Below are positions 47,442 to 55,514 of a DNA stretch of 56,737 nt, one piece after another (within the stretch, counting starts at the first letter, position 1; each line of letters opens with the position of its first letter). Origin of the DNA: a virus (taxonomy: Duplodnaviria; Caudoviricetes); the IMG/VR virus record IMGVR_UViG_3300042934_000724, positions 1-56,737 of that record. The stretch is one strand, 5' to 3'. Below the pieces are notes generated by a model that saw only the letters and a list, made by a program, of their open reading frames with translations, was not told the DNA's origin and searched no databases. Both the position numbers and the translations under genes were made by a program.

Positions 47442-47549
47442 AGGGCTTTACCTTGAAGAAGGAGTGCGAATATAAGGTAAGCCTATGCACTTTCCAACAA
47501 AAAATCTCTCGCATGCAGTCTCGCAGGGCGGGGCATGACTGGAGAATCC

Positions 47550-47942
47550 ATGAGCCACAACTGCGATATCGAGCGAAGAGATTTGACGGATGAAGCTAAG
47601 AAGCAGCGGAGGAAGCGCGAGAAGGCAGCAGCAAAGGACGCTGCATTGGGCGTCGAGAAGTTTACGGTCGAGGTGGCCGGAGTGTTCAAGCCTGGCCTGA
47701 AGGCAGTCATGAAGGCCCACGGCATCAACAACCAGCAGGAGGTTTACCAGCTGCTGCTGATGAACCTGATCGCCGCCGATTTCGAAACGCAGGCCCAGAT
47801 GCTCAAGTGTGTCACGACACCTTTTGTTGTGACTGAAAAGGTGTCACTGGCATTTTACGAAAAGAGCATGGCTGATATTTCGGCGGATCCCGGCGATGAG
47901 ATCATTTCACCGCCATATGGTCGGAATGTTCCAGTGCTCTAA
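47550..47942 (+). CDS. Hypothetical early protein (possibly DNA-binding)
   Basis: GGAG SD; basic N-terminus KKQRRKREK. Confidence 0.65.
   Translation: MSHNCDIERRDLTDEAKKQRRKREKAAAKDAALGVEKFTVEVAGVFKPGLKAVMKAHGINNQQEVYQLLLMNLIAADFETQAQMLKCVTTPFVVTEKVSLAFYEKSMADISADPGDEIISPPYGRNVPVL
47811..47850. repeat. 40-bp palindromic element, copy 4
   Basis: GTCACGACAC-N20-GTGTCACTGG. Confidence 0.6.
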
Positions 47943-48482
47943 CGCCAAAGCCACCGTAGCAGCTGCAACGGCAACACCCACGATGATAACGGCGCAACGA
48001 GAAATCAATTTCAGCAACACGAACGAAGGCTCGCCACGCTTCACCCGCTCCCATTCGGTCTTCAAAATCTCTTGAGTCTCGATAGCAAGATTTTCCATAT
48101 GAGCTTCCATCAAACTATCAGAGCGACCTATCCCGTCAGAATCTTTGACGAGCGCCAGCAGTGCTTTGTGTTCGTTTGGGTTGAGGCGAAGCCGAATTCT
48201 TGAGGACAGCATGGCGGTTTCCAAAAAATCCTTTTCTTTTGAAAGGATAAACTTCTGGATTTCTGGCTGAGACTGCTGCCTGACTATTGCCGATAGTGTC
48301 TTTACCACAGCGAGATGGGCGATAAGTTGAGATACATCATTTCGGAGACCATCGATCCAAGCTTGCCGAAATTCCGATGTCTTCTGATCCTTGGCAAGAA
48401 TCGAAACCACAAGCGACACCACACCCGCAATCAATGCAACAGCCAATGTAGCGGCAAGAGTCATTGAAACTTCATTATTCAT
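47907..48482 (-). CDS. Membrane protein moron (N- and C-terminal TM)
   Basis: K.SEFRQAWIDGLR, I.LRLNP.E, LK.EWERVK.GE motifs. Confidence 0.7.
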   Translation of the reverse strand: MNNEVSMTLAATLAVALIAGVVSLVVSILAKDQKTSEFRQAWIDGLRNDVSQLIAHLAVVKTLSAIVRQQSQPEIQKFILSKEKDFLETAMLSSRIRLRLNPNEHKALLALVKDSDGIGRSDSLMEAHMENLAIETQEILKTEWERVKRGEPSFVLLKLISRCAVIIVGVAVAAATVALALEHWNIPTIWR

Positions 48483-48567
48483 TATTGCCTCGGGCAAATA
48501 GTGTGAAGCCGCCTATCAAACATCAACCACAACTAATTTGCCACCACCGGTCACGGAGGGCGGCGCC

Positions 48568-48798
48568 CTAGCCAATATCTCGATCGACCCAGTGTTTGGC
48601 GAGCCAGCTTGGAATCGACAGCGTTCGGGAGGCGTCAATTTTCTTGTCGGCATCTGGCAAATGAGCAACTTCAACACCGAAGTAAACCATCCAGCTTCCA
48701 TCCGCCTGCATTTCGAGAGCTGTTAAGTACGTCCCGACCTCTGCTTCGGTCAGACCGCTTTGCTCTGCGATCAATTTGTTGGAAGGTTTTGTGTCCAT
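48568..48798 (-). CDS. Hypothetical protein
   Basis: AAGGAG SD, 76 aa. Confidence 0.55.
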   Translation of the reverse strand: MDTKPSNKLIAEQSGLTEAEVGTYLTALEMQADGSWMVYFGVEVAHLPDADKKIDASRTLSIPSWLAKHWVDRDIG

Positions 48799-48867
48799 CT
48801 CAGGCTCCTTGGTCCGGCTCCATGCCGGGCCGAACACAAATACCGCAACGACGGGCAATGCGCCAGC

Positions 48868-49056
48868 TCAGACGAAACCCGGCGCTTCAACCTGCCGATG
48901 CTTCGACTCCATGTAGCTGGCCAGGTCGATCACCTCCCGAAGGAACACGACCACCTCCAGCTTCACTGCGTCGTCCGGCAGCCCTATCCGTTTCAGCATT
49001 GCCTTGGCGTCCTCTTCGATAGCCGCCAGCGCATCTACATCGCTCTGCAACCTCAT
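48868..49056 (-). CDS. Hypothetical protein
   Basis: AGGAGG SD, 62 aa. Confidence 0.6.
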   Translation of the reverse strand: MRLQSDVDALAAIEEDAKAMLKRIGLPDDAVKLEVVVFLREVIDLASYMESKHRQVEAPGFV

Positions 49057-49147
49057 GTCGGCCTCCTGCCAGTGTGAGATTGCAGATAAATACCCCACTT
49101 CTACGAATCACGCCAGCCGGCGAGGCAATCGGCTGTCTGGAGCAATT

Positions 49148-50017
49148 ATGAATCCCTACCTGATCACCGGCCCGGCCCAGATCGGCATCAGCGGTGGTCG
49201 CACCAGCGGGCACATGGTCTACAAGATCCTCGAAGCACACGGCGGCACCCTCCCGCCTGATGTTCACCTGTTCTTCCAGAACACCGGCAAGGAGCGCGAG
49301 GAAACGCTGGTCTTCATCGATCAGATCGCGAAGCGCTGGAACGTGAACATAGTGTGGATGGAGTGGTGCCGCGAGTACGGCCAGCCAGACGACGCGCCGT
49401 GGTACAGGCTGGTGGACTTCGATACAGCCAGCCGTAACGGCGAGCCGTTCACCATGATGCTCGAGTATTACGCCGCATACCGCAAGGTAGAGAAAAACCT
49501 GCCGCCGGTGCTGCCGAACTTCTCGAACAACATGTGCACCGCTTATCTGAAGGTGAAGATCGGCGAGAAACACATGCGCGCCCTGGGATACACCGAGTGG
49601 GATTGCGTTGTCGGCATTCGCTACGACGAGCCGAAGCGGTATCACCGAATGATGGCTGCCAATGATCGCGGCGGCACCCGCTGGGACAACGTGTGCCCGT
49701 CCTACACCGCCGGCGTCACCAAGGAGGATGTCGGCGCGTTCTGGACGGCCCAACCGTTCGATCTCGGAATGGACTCGGACTTCGGCAACTGCGACCTGTG
49801 CTGGAAGAAGAACGAAGGAAAGCTGATCAAGACCATCATGGATGACCCGTCGCGGGTAATCTGGTGGTCAGGCACTGAAGAGCGGTTCGGCCAGGTGTTC
49901 AGACAGGATCGAGCAGACTACAAGACGATGGGCTGGTCTGCCGAGCAACGCTCCCGACAGACCAACTTCGATTTTGAGTATCTCGCCGAAGACATCGAAT
50001 GCTTCTGCGGCGATTGA
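49148..50017 (+). CDS. PAPS-reductase/NinC-like protein
   Basis: SGGRTS PP-loop, NTGKE...TL.F, CT..LK, GIRYDE..R, NCDLC and C-terminal CFC. Confidence 0.85.
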   Translation: MNPYLITGPAQIGISGGRTSGHMVYKILEAHGGTLPPDVHLFFQNTGKEREETLVFIDQIAKRWNVNIVWMEWCREYGQPDDAPWYRLVDFDTASRNGEPFTMMLEYYAAYRKVEKNLPPVLPNFSNNMCTAYLKVKIGEKHMRALGYTEWDCVVGIRYDEPKRYHRMMAANDRGGTRWDNVCPSYTAGVTKEDVGAFWTAQPFDLGMDSDFGNCDLCWKKNEGKLIKTIMDDPSRVIWWSGTEERFGQVFRQDRADYKTMGWSAEQRSRQTNFDFEYLAEDIECFCGD

Positions 50018-50020
50018 TTT

Positions 50021-50701
50021 TCATAATATTGGCTTCTGTGTCCCCGGGTATGCCTCATCAAGCTTCTCATACGCCTCTTTTACACCGCTTTCCAGAAACG
50101 CACGGACTTCCGCAACACTTTTAAATTCAGCAAGCGATATATCCAATGCAACTTTTGACAAGTGATCCACTGACTCACGAGCTTTGTTTCGATGATCAAT
50201 CATACCTTTGAGCTTATTATATTGCTCTTCCGTCATATTTTTTTCGAACTCTGCACGATACCTAAAAGACATGTCATGCTGCCGATCAAAGTCACGCTCA
50301 TGCATATTCATTCTCATCTCGATTAAACGAACCGCCGACTCTTGCGCAGCTGCGACTTGAATAATTAAAGCGTCCCGAGCAGAGCGTTCCACTTGCGATT
50401 GTTGGGATTCGAATGTCTTCGTCTGTAGCTCATTCATTCGATCAAACTCTTTCTGCTGAGCGCCTAACAATTCGCGCTGCAAAAATACGGTTTTCAAAAC
50501 CGCCATTAGAGTCACGAAAGAAACAAGTGGGCCGAAAACACCACCAATATAACTACCAAAATTCGACCACTCGCTAGACACACTCGAAAGCTCACCACCG
50601 AATTTTAGTCGATATAAATATACCGCTATCGCGAGCGCAACGATTAGTGGCAGCAAAGAGAACAACCAAAATCCATTTAACGAACGAAAATATTTATTCA
50701 T
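50021..50701 (-). CDS. AT-rich membrane protein moron (Abi-like TM motif)
   Basis: WSNFGSYIGGVFGPLVSF...LKT..LQ followed by a coiled coil. Confidence 0.7.
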   Translation of the reverse strand: MNKYFRSLNGFWLFSLLPLIVALAIAVYLYRLKFGGELSSVSSEWSNFGSYIGGVFGPLVSFVTLMAVLKTVFLQRELLGAQQKEFDRMNELQTKTFESQQSQVERSARDALIIQVAAAQESAVRLIEMRMNMHERDFDRQHDMSFRYRAEFEKNMTEEQYNKLKGMIDHRNKARESVDHLSKVALDISLAEFKSVAEVRAFLESGVKEAYEKLDEAYPGTQKPIL

Positions 50702-50768
50702 GTATTGCCCTCATGCTGTTCCAATTCTTTTCTGGATGATCGCATGACGGCAATTAAGTAGAAATCCC

Positions 50769-50805
50769 CCCTCCATCGCCCGGGCATGACCCGGCATAGG
50801 ACGCC
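50769..50805 (+). repeat. 37-bp leader repeat, copy 1
   Basis: 35/37 identical to 53083-53119; small hairpin plus AGGA SD. Confidence 0.85.
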
Positions 50806-50807
50806 CC

Positions 50808-50909
50808 ATGCCCACTGCAATCGATTTGTTCGCCGGTCTCGGCGGATGGTCCACCTGCGCGCGCTGCATCGCCAGATTTACCGGGGGGCGGTCTGCAATC
50901 GCCACCTAG
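50808..50909 (+). pseudogene. Truncated C5 cytosine methyltransferase stub
   Basis: MPTAIDLFAGLGGWST = SAM-binding motif I; stops after 33 codons inside the 3' end of the antisense moron. Confidence 0.7.
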
Positions 50910-51174
50910 CGGCTTGGAGCAGTTGACCACTGAACAAGGAAGCGAAGTCGGGTCTGAGCATGATCGCCTCGACTGTCAGGTGCTCCCTTCCCTCTCGCAA
51001 TAGCTTCCTGAATCCGTCTTGAAACTCGGGGGATTGAACCAGTTTGATTGATGCTTCAACCGGATGCTGCGCTCGGTTCATTGCCTCCCATTTAGATGGG
51101 TGGTATCCAAACTCGTGGCATTCCCTAATTGCATCAAAAATCGCCTCAGCAAATGCAGCTCTGACCTGCTCCAC
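50878..51174 (-). CDS. Hypothetical moron (98 aa)
   Basis: AAGGAGG SD plus GTG; GY.P, GF..L...G...LTVEA, F..LF....A..RL pattern. Confidence 0.7.
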   Translation of the reverse strand: MEQVRAAFAEAIFDAIRECHEFGYHPSKWEAMNRAQHPVEASIKLVQSPEFQDGFRKLLREGREHLTVEAIMLRPDFASLFSGQLLQAARWRLQTAPR

Positions 51175-51272
51175 GCAAACCTCCTTGCTTATAAGGATGG
51201 CACATTGCCGTCCACAACCTCCTGAATACCCCAAATCATCAACTCACGCCACCTCAGGCGAGGCCCCCCCCT

Positions 51273-53078
51273 ATGTCCGCACAACAGATATTGCCTCATT
51301 TCATCCATGGCCAGCCGAGCATGGGCCTGCCGTTCGAAAAGGAACTTGTGGTGGACCTGTTCGCCGGCGGCGGTGGCGCCAGCACCGGCATCGCCCGGGC
51401 ATACCGGGAGCCGGACGTGGCGGTGAACCATAATCCAATTGCCCTGGCTGTGCACCGCGCCAACCATCCCACGACGGCGCATTACGTCGCCGACGTGTTC
51501 GAAGTAGATCCGCGAGAAGCCACGGGCGGCCAGCCGGTGGCGATCATCTGGGCATCGCCAGACTGCCGTCATCACAGCAAGGCAAAGGGCGGCGCGCCGC
51601 GCGATCGTGGTGTGCGAGGGTTGGCCTGGGTTGTGATCCGCTGGCTATTCGTGACGAAGTCGCGCCTGCTCTTCCTCGAAAACGTTGAAGAGTTCTGCGA
51701 CTGGGGTCCGATCGACGATGACGGTCAGCCGATCAAGTCTGAACGCGGCCGCACCTTCAAAGCGTTCATTGCCGCGATCAGCACCGGTCTGCCCGCTGAT
51801 CATCCGGACATGCCGGAGATCATCGAGGCGATCGGAGAGTTCGTGCCGGTGGAGGCTCTGGTGCGAGGGCTGGGCTACAACGCTGAGTGGCGGGAGCGCA
51901 TCGCGGCGAACGCCGGCACCCCGACCATCCGCAAGCGCCTTTACCTGGTGGCCCGCAGCGACGGGAAGCCGATCGTCTGGCCCGCGCCGAAACGTCACAA
52001 GCGGCCAGCCGCGAAACAATTGCCGTGGCGCTCGGCGGCAGAGTGCATAGACTGGAGCAACCTCGGGCGCACGATCTTCCGCGACAAACCGATGGCCGAG
52101 AACACCATGCGCCGCGTGGCCAAGGGCTGCTGGCGTCATGTCCTGACCAGTGCGAAGCCTTTCATTGTTCCAATGCGCGGCACCTCATCGGCGCACACCA
52201 GCACGCACGGTACCGACGAAGCGCTTTCCACAATCAGCGCGGGCGGCACCCATCACGCACTGGTGCAGCCGGTTGCAGCGCCCTTCCTCACCGAGTGCGC
52301 CAACGGATCAGCACAACGCAACTTCGACGTGCAGGAGCCGCTGCGCACGCAGGTCGCCCAAGTCAAAGGCGGACACTTCGCGATGGCGGCAGCGCATATG
52401 ACTGCGTTCGGGCAGAACGCAGCCGGCAGCTCGCCTGACGATCCAACTCAGACAGTTCTGGCCGGCGCCGCGCGTCACGGCATCGTCACAGCGTTCTTCG
52501 AACAGGCCAATGGCGGCTTCTACAAAGGCGACGGCCGATCGGCCTACGATCCGATATCGACCATCTGCCAGTCCGGCGCCAACCAGCGGCTGGTGAGCGC
52601 TTACCTGGTGAAATATTACGGCAACGAGAAGGACGGAATTTCGCTCAATGAGCCGATGCACACGCTGCCGACGAAAGATCGCGTCGCGGTTGTGGAGACG
52701 GTGCAGGTGCCCGACACGCTGACTCCCGAGCAGATGGAAGGCGCACGCCGCTGCGCCGCGTTCATGCACCAGTACCTGCCGGAGCACTTCAAAGACCCGG
52801 CGGAAATGGTGATGGTCGGCGGCTATGTGCTGATCGATATCACGCTGCGCATGCTGCAACCGCCTGAGCTGAAGGCCGCCCAAGGCTTCGACAAGGACTA
52901 CATCATCGATCGCGGGCTGTTCGTCGACCCGGTCACCGGTGCCGAGGAATGGCGCGACATCAAGAAAGTCGACCAAGTGCGGCTGATCGGTAACAGCGTC
53001 TGCCCCGACGAAGCTGAGGCATTGGTCGCCGCCAACGCCGCAGACATCATCGAGCTTTATCAGCGGCTCGCCGCATAA
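51273..53078 (+). CDS. DNA cytosine-C5 methyltransferase (phage orphan type)
   Basis: DLFAGGGG, WASPDCRH.S, LENV.EF, R.RL, RML.P.EL..AQGF, IGNSV.P. Confidence 0.93.
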   Translation: MSAQQILPHFIHGQPSMGLPFEKELVVDLFAGGGGASTGIARAYREPDVAVNHNPIALAVHRANHPTTAHYVADVFEVDPREATGGQPVAIIWASPDCRHHSKAKGGAPRDRGVRGLAWVVIRWLFVTKSRLLFLENVEEFCDWGPIDDDGQPIKSERGRTFKAFIAAISTGLPADHPDMPEIIEAIGEFVPVEALVRGLGYNAEWRERIAANAGTPTIRKRLYLVARSDGKPIVWPAPKRHKRPAAKQLPWRSAAECIDWSNLGRTIFRDKPMAENTMRRVAKGCWRHVLTSAKPFIVPMRGTSSAHTSTHGTDEALSTISAGGTHHALVQPVAAPFLTECANGSAQRNFDVQEPLRTQVAQVKGGHFAMAAAHMTAFGQNAAGSSPDDPTQTVLAGAARHGIVTAFFEQANGGFYKGDGRSAYDPISTICQSGANQRLVSAYLVKYYGNEKDGISLNEPMHTLPTKDRVAVVETVQVPDTLTPEQMEGARRCAAFMHQYLPEHFKDPAEMVMVGGYVLIDITLRMLQPPELKAAQGFDKDYIIDRGLFVDPVTGAEEWRDIKKVDQVRLIGNSVCPDEAEALVAANAADIIELYQRLAA

Positions 53079-53082
53079 CCCA

Positions 53083-53119
53083 CCCTCCACCGCCCGGGCA
53101 TGCCCCGGCATAGGACGCC
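53083..53119 (+). repeat. 37-bp leader repeat, copy 2
   Basis: See copy 1. Confidence 0.85.
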
Positions 53120-53123
53120 AAAC

Positions 53124-53315
53124 GTGATCAATCTCTTCTGGCGAATCATCGCCACGGTACTCGCGCGCCCGGCCATCGCCGAATGGCTCATCGCACGCGC
53201 CAAGCTCACCCCGTACCAGCACATCATGTCCGCCGACGGCACCGAGATGTACATGGGCCGCTGGTGGTTGTTCAACCCGTACAGCCGGGAAACGCACAAG
53301 GCGGCGCTGTGGTAA
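53124..53315 (+). CDS. Hypothetical protein, possibly truncated
   Basis: GTG after the leader repeat; 63 aa ending abruptly after YMGRWWLFNPY. Confidence 0.5.
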   Translation: MINLFWRIIATVLARPAIAEWLIARAKLTPYQHIMSADGTEMYMGRWWLFNPYSRETHKAALW

Positions 53316-53395
53316 AGGTTCCCGCCGAACTGATTCAGCAGTAACCCCTCCCCCAACTCAACAGCCTGCCGGTGTACGGCGGGCGAGGTGTACCC

Positions 53396-53725
53396 ATGAA
53401 AAAAGAACAGTTGCCAGAAGTGGTGGCAGCAGTCGCGCGTGCCATTGAAGCCGGTAAAGCCGCGGCAGCAGCTGCACCGGACGATGGCGGTACCGCGAAC
53501 CTCGATCGCGTTTATCTGCGCGTCGGCCTTCTTCGCGAGAAGACGCTCCACGATGCCGGACTTCATGGCTGGATGCAGTCAGCCAGCACCTACCACGCCC
53601 GAGCCTTTCACCTCGGCGCGCCGTTTGATGGCCAGGGTAACCGGCGCTATGCCGGCGTGCAGGCCATGCACAAGTCGCTGCAATCCGAAGGCGTCGATTG
53701 CGGCGTCTGGTACCAAATGGATTAA
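53396..53725 (+). CDS. Hypothetical protein
   Basis: GAGG SD; DDGGTANLD, GQGNRR motifs. Confidence 0.7.
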   Translation: MKKEQLPEVVAAVARAIEAGKAAAAAAPDDGGTANLDRVYLRVGLLREKTLHDAGLHGWMQSASTYHARAFHLGAPFDGQGNRRYAGVQAMHKSLQSEGVDCGVWYQMD

Positions 53726-53769
53726 CCCATCACCACCTTCTGCCGCCACGCGCGGCATGGAGCATCATC

Positions 53770-54003
53770 ATGGCAAAGGTCATTGCCCAAATTACGGCTA
53801 GGCTGCCGCGCCTCATGGAGGCAGGCGAATACAGGAAGCTGCGGTACGCCGGCGGTAAGCCGAGTCTGCAGCAGTTGAAAAAATGGATTGAGGAAGGCGA
53901 AGTAGTGGGAGAGGTAAAAGGCGGGATGTATTTCGTGGATCTGCAGGCGGTTGTGCTGGGGTCGAATGATCCCCTGCTCGCCAAGATGATGGAGGTGGGC
54001 TGA
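53770..54003 (+). CDS. Excisionase-like protein
   Basis: Small wHTH-like ORF (LKKWIEEG.V.G...GG.YFVD) coupled to the integrase. Confidence 0.7.
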   Translation: MAKVIAQITARLPRLMEAGEYRKLRYAGGKPSLQQLKKWIEEGEVVGEVKGGMYFVDLQAVVLGSNDPLLAKMMEVG

Positions 54004-55142
54004 TGGCTCCGCCGCGCGCCAGGACAATCAAGAACCGGGATCTGCCGGCCAACCTTTACCCGAACGGGAAATATTGGCAGTACAAGAACCCGATCACCGG
54101 CAAGAAGACCAGCATCAATAAGCCGATGGCGGAGGCCATCAAGCTGGCCAACGCCGCCAACGCGAAGTTGCTGCCCTTGCTGGCCGACGACGGCGCGCTG
54201 CTGGCAATGCTCACAGGCGAGGCCGCGCCGAAGTTCAGCGGGTGCCTCGATCGTTTCGAGAAGGAATGGCTGGGCACAAGGAACTATGCCGAGCGGACGT
54301 TGAAGGAAATCAAGTTCAAGTTGGCTCGGTACCGGGATGACCTGGGCGATTTGATGATGGGGCAACTCGACGTGCTGACAGTGGCCGAATACCTGGACGG
54401 TTTCGAAAATAACGCCTACACCAAGCATCGCGGGCTGCTCGTCCAGATCTTCGCCTTCGCCGTGGCCAAGGGCTTGTGCGAACGCAACTCGGCCGAGCTG
54501 ACACTGGTCAAGAAGGAGTCCGAGAAGAAGCGCCAGCGCCACACCGTTGAGGGATTGAATGCGATTCTGAATTACGTGGGGACGCCGATCTGGCTGAAGC
54601 GCGCGATCCGGCTGGGTTTGCTGAGTCTTCAGCGGCGGGAGGATATTGTGATGTGGCCGAAGTCAGCCGTTGACCTCGAGCAGAACACCATCAAGGTGTC
54701 GCCCGGGAAGACGCAGAACTATGGGAAGCCTGTGCACCTGGAGATTGCCATGGGACCGGCGCTGCGCGACGTGGTCGCCGAGTGCATGCGGTCGCCCGTC
54801 GTGTGCCCTTACCTCATCCACTACTCGCCGAAGGCCCGCAAACGGTCGCAGCTCGACGCCAAGCTTCACTGGAACGCCGTCACGCCCGACTACCTGACAA
54901 AGTCATTCGCCCAGGCGCGGGATGATTCCGAGGCATACAAGGACATACCCGCCGGCGAGCGCCCCACCTTCCACGAGATCCGGGCGCTGGGTGCGTGGCT
55001 GTATGAGCAGCAGGGTTTCCCGCAGGAATATATCCAAGGGCTGATGGGTCACGCGGACGTCAAAATGACTGAACACTACCAGGCGGGCCACGGCGATGAC
55101 GCCGTGGTGTACATGCGGGTGAGCGCCGACCTGAAGGTGTGA
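54003..55142 (+). CDS. int: Tyrosine integrase (lambda Int-like)
   Basis: LPANLY..Y.NP.TGK arm domain; QRREDI, KT, FHEIR, LMGH, TEHY catalytic residues; adjacent to att. Confidence 0.96.
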   Translation: MAPPRARTIKNRDLPANLYPNGKYWQYKNPITGKKTSINKPMAEAIKLANAANAKLLPLLADDGALLAMLTGEAAPKFSGCLDRFEKEWLGTRNYAERTLKEIKFKLARYRDDLGDLMMGQLDVLTVAEYLDGFENNAYTKHRGLLVQIFAFAVAKGLCERNSAELTLVKKESEKKRQRHTVEGLNAILNYVGTPIWLKRAIRLGLLSLQRREDIVMWPKSAVDLEQNTIKVSPGKTQNYGKPVHLEIAMGPALRDVVAECMRSPVVCPYLIHYSPKARKRSQLDAKLHWNAVTPDYLTKSFAQARDDSEAYKDIPAGERPTFHEIRALGAWLYEQQGFPQEYIQGLMGHADVKMTEHYQAGHGDDAVVYMRVSADLKV

Positions 55143-55151
55143 GCGGTGGTC

Positions 55152-55184
55152 GTTTGCCCAAAATATTCCCAAAGTTTGCCCAAA
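55152..55184 (+). repeat. Probable integrase arm-type sites
   Basis: Three tandem TTGCCCAAA / TTCCCAAA / TTGCCCAAA between int and att. Confidence 0.6.
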
Positions 55185-55187
55185 GGC

Positions 55188-55303
55188 CAGACAACAAAAA
55201 AGGGCCCACCTTTCGGTGAGCCCTTCTAGACCGCCCAGCAGAGCGGATTTTGTTTGGTAGGCGCGATTGGACTCGAACCAACGACCCCCACCATGTCAAG
55301 GTG
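55188..55303. repeat. Attachment site, right copy
   Basis: Direct repeat of 1295-1410; completes the intact tRNA. Confidence 0.95.
55195..55225 (-). terminator. tRNA-Val terminator
   Basis: Minus strand AAGGGCTCACC-GAAA-GGTGGGCCCTT followed by a T-run. Confidence 0.85.
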
Positions 55304-55331
55304 GTGCTCTAACCAACTGAGCTACGTGCCT
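55255..55331 (-). tRNA. tRNA-Val(GAC)
   Basis: 77 nt AGGCACGTAGCTCAGTTGGTTAGAGC ACCACC TTGACAT GGTGG...GGTTCGAGTCC...CCTACCA. Confidence 0.97.
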
Positions 55332-55514
55332 GCTGTGAGGCGGCATTCTACGGAATTTCGGAGGGGTGTCAACACCTTTTTTTCACCTAACCCTATGAAT
55401 ATGCAAAATATTTAATTTCAGCTTAGCAACGAAGACTTTCCGGTGGCTGGCGGAGGTTTTTCAACTCGGGTAGGATCGACGCACTCGTAAAATATATTAA
55501 ACAGAGGCGGCAGG

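Larger units (their letters stand above)
1295..55303. mobile_element. Lambdoid siphoprophage, apparently complete, ~53.9 kb att-to-att
   Basis: Bounded by 116-bp direct repeats containing the tRNA-Val 3' end; contains integrase, repressor/cro, replication, lysis, head and tail modules. Confidence 0.97.

Noticed and set aside
31983-53078. Many proteins ending in AA as a coordinated ClpXP degron programme
   Set aside because: Several arise from GCCGCATGA/GCAGCATGA-type stop-start coupling common in these phages; kept only as a remark for the uncoupled kinase partner
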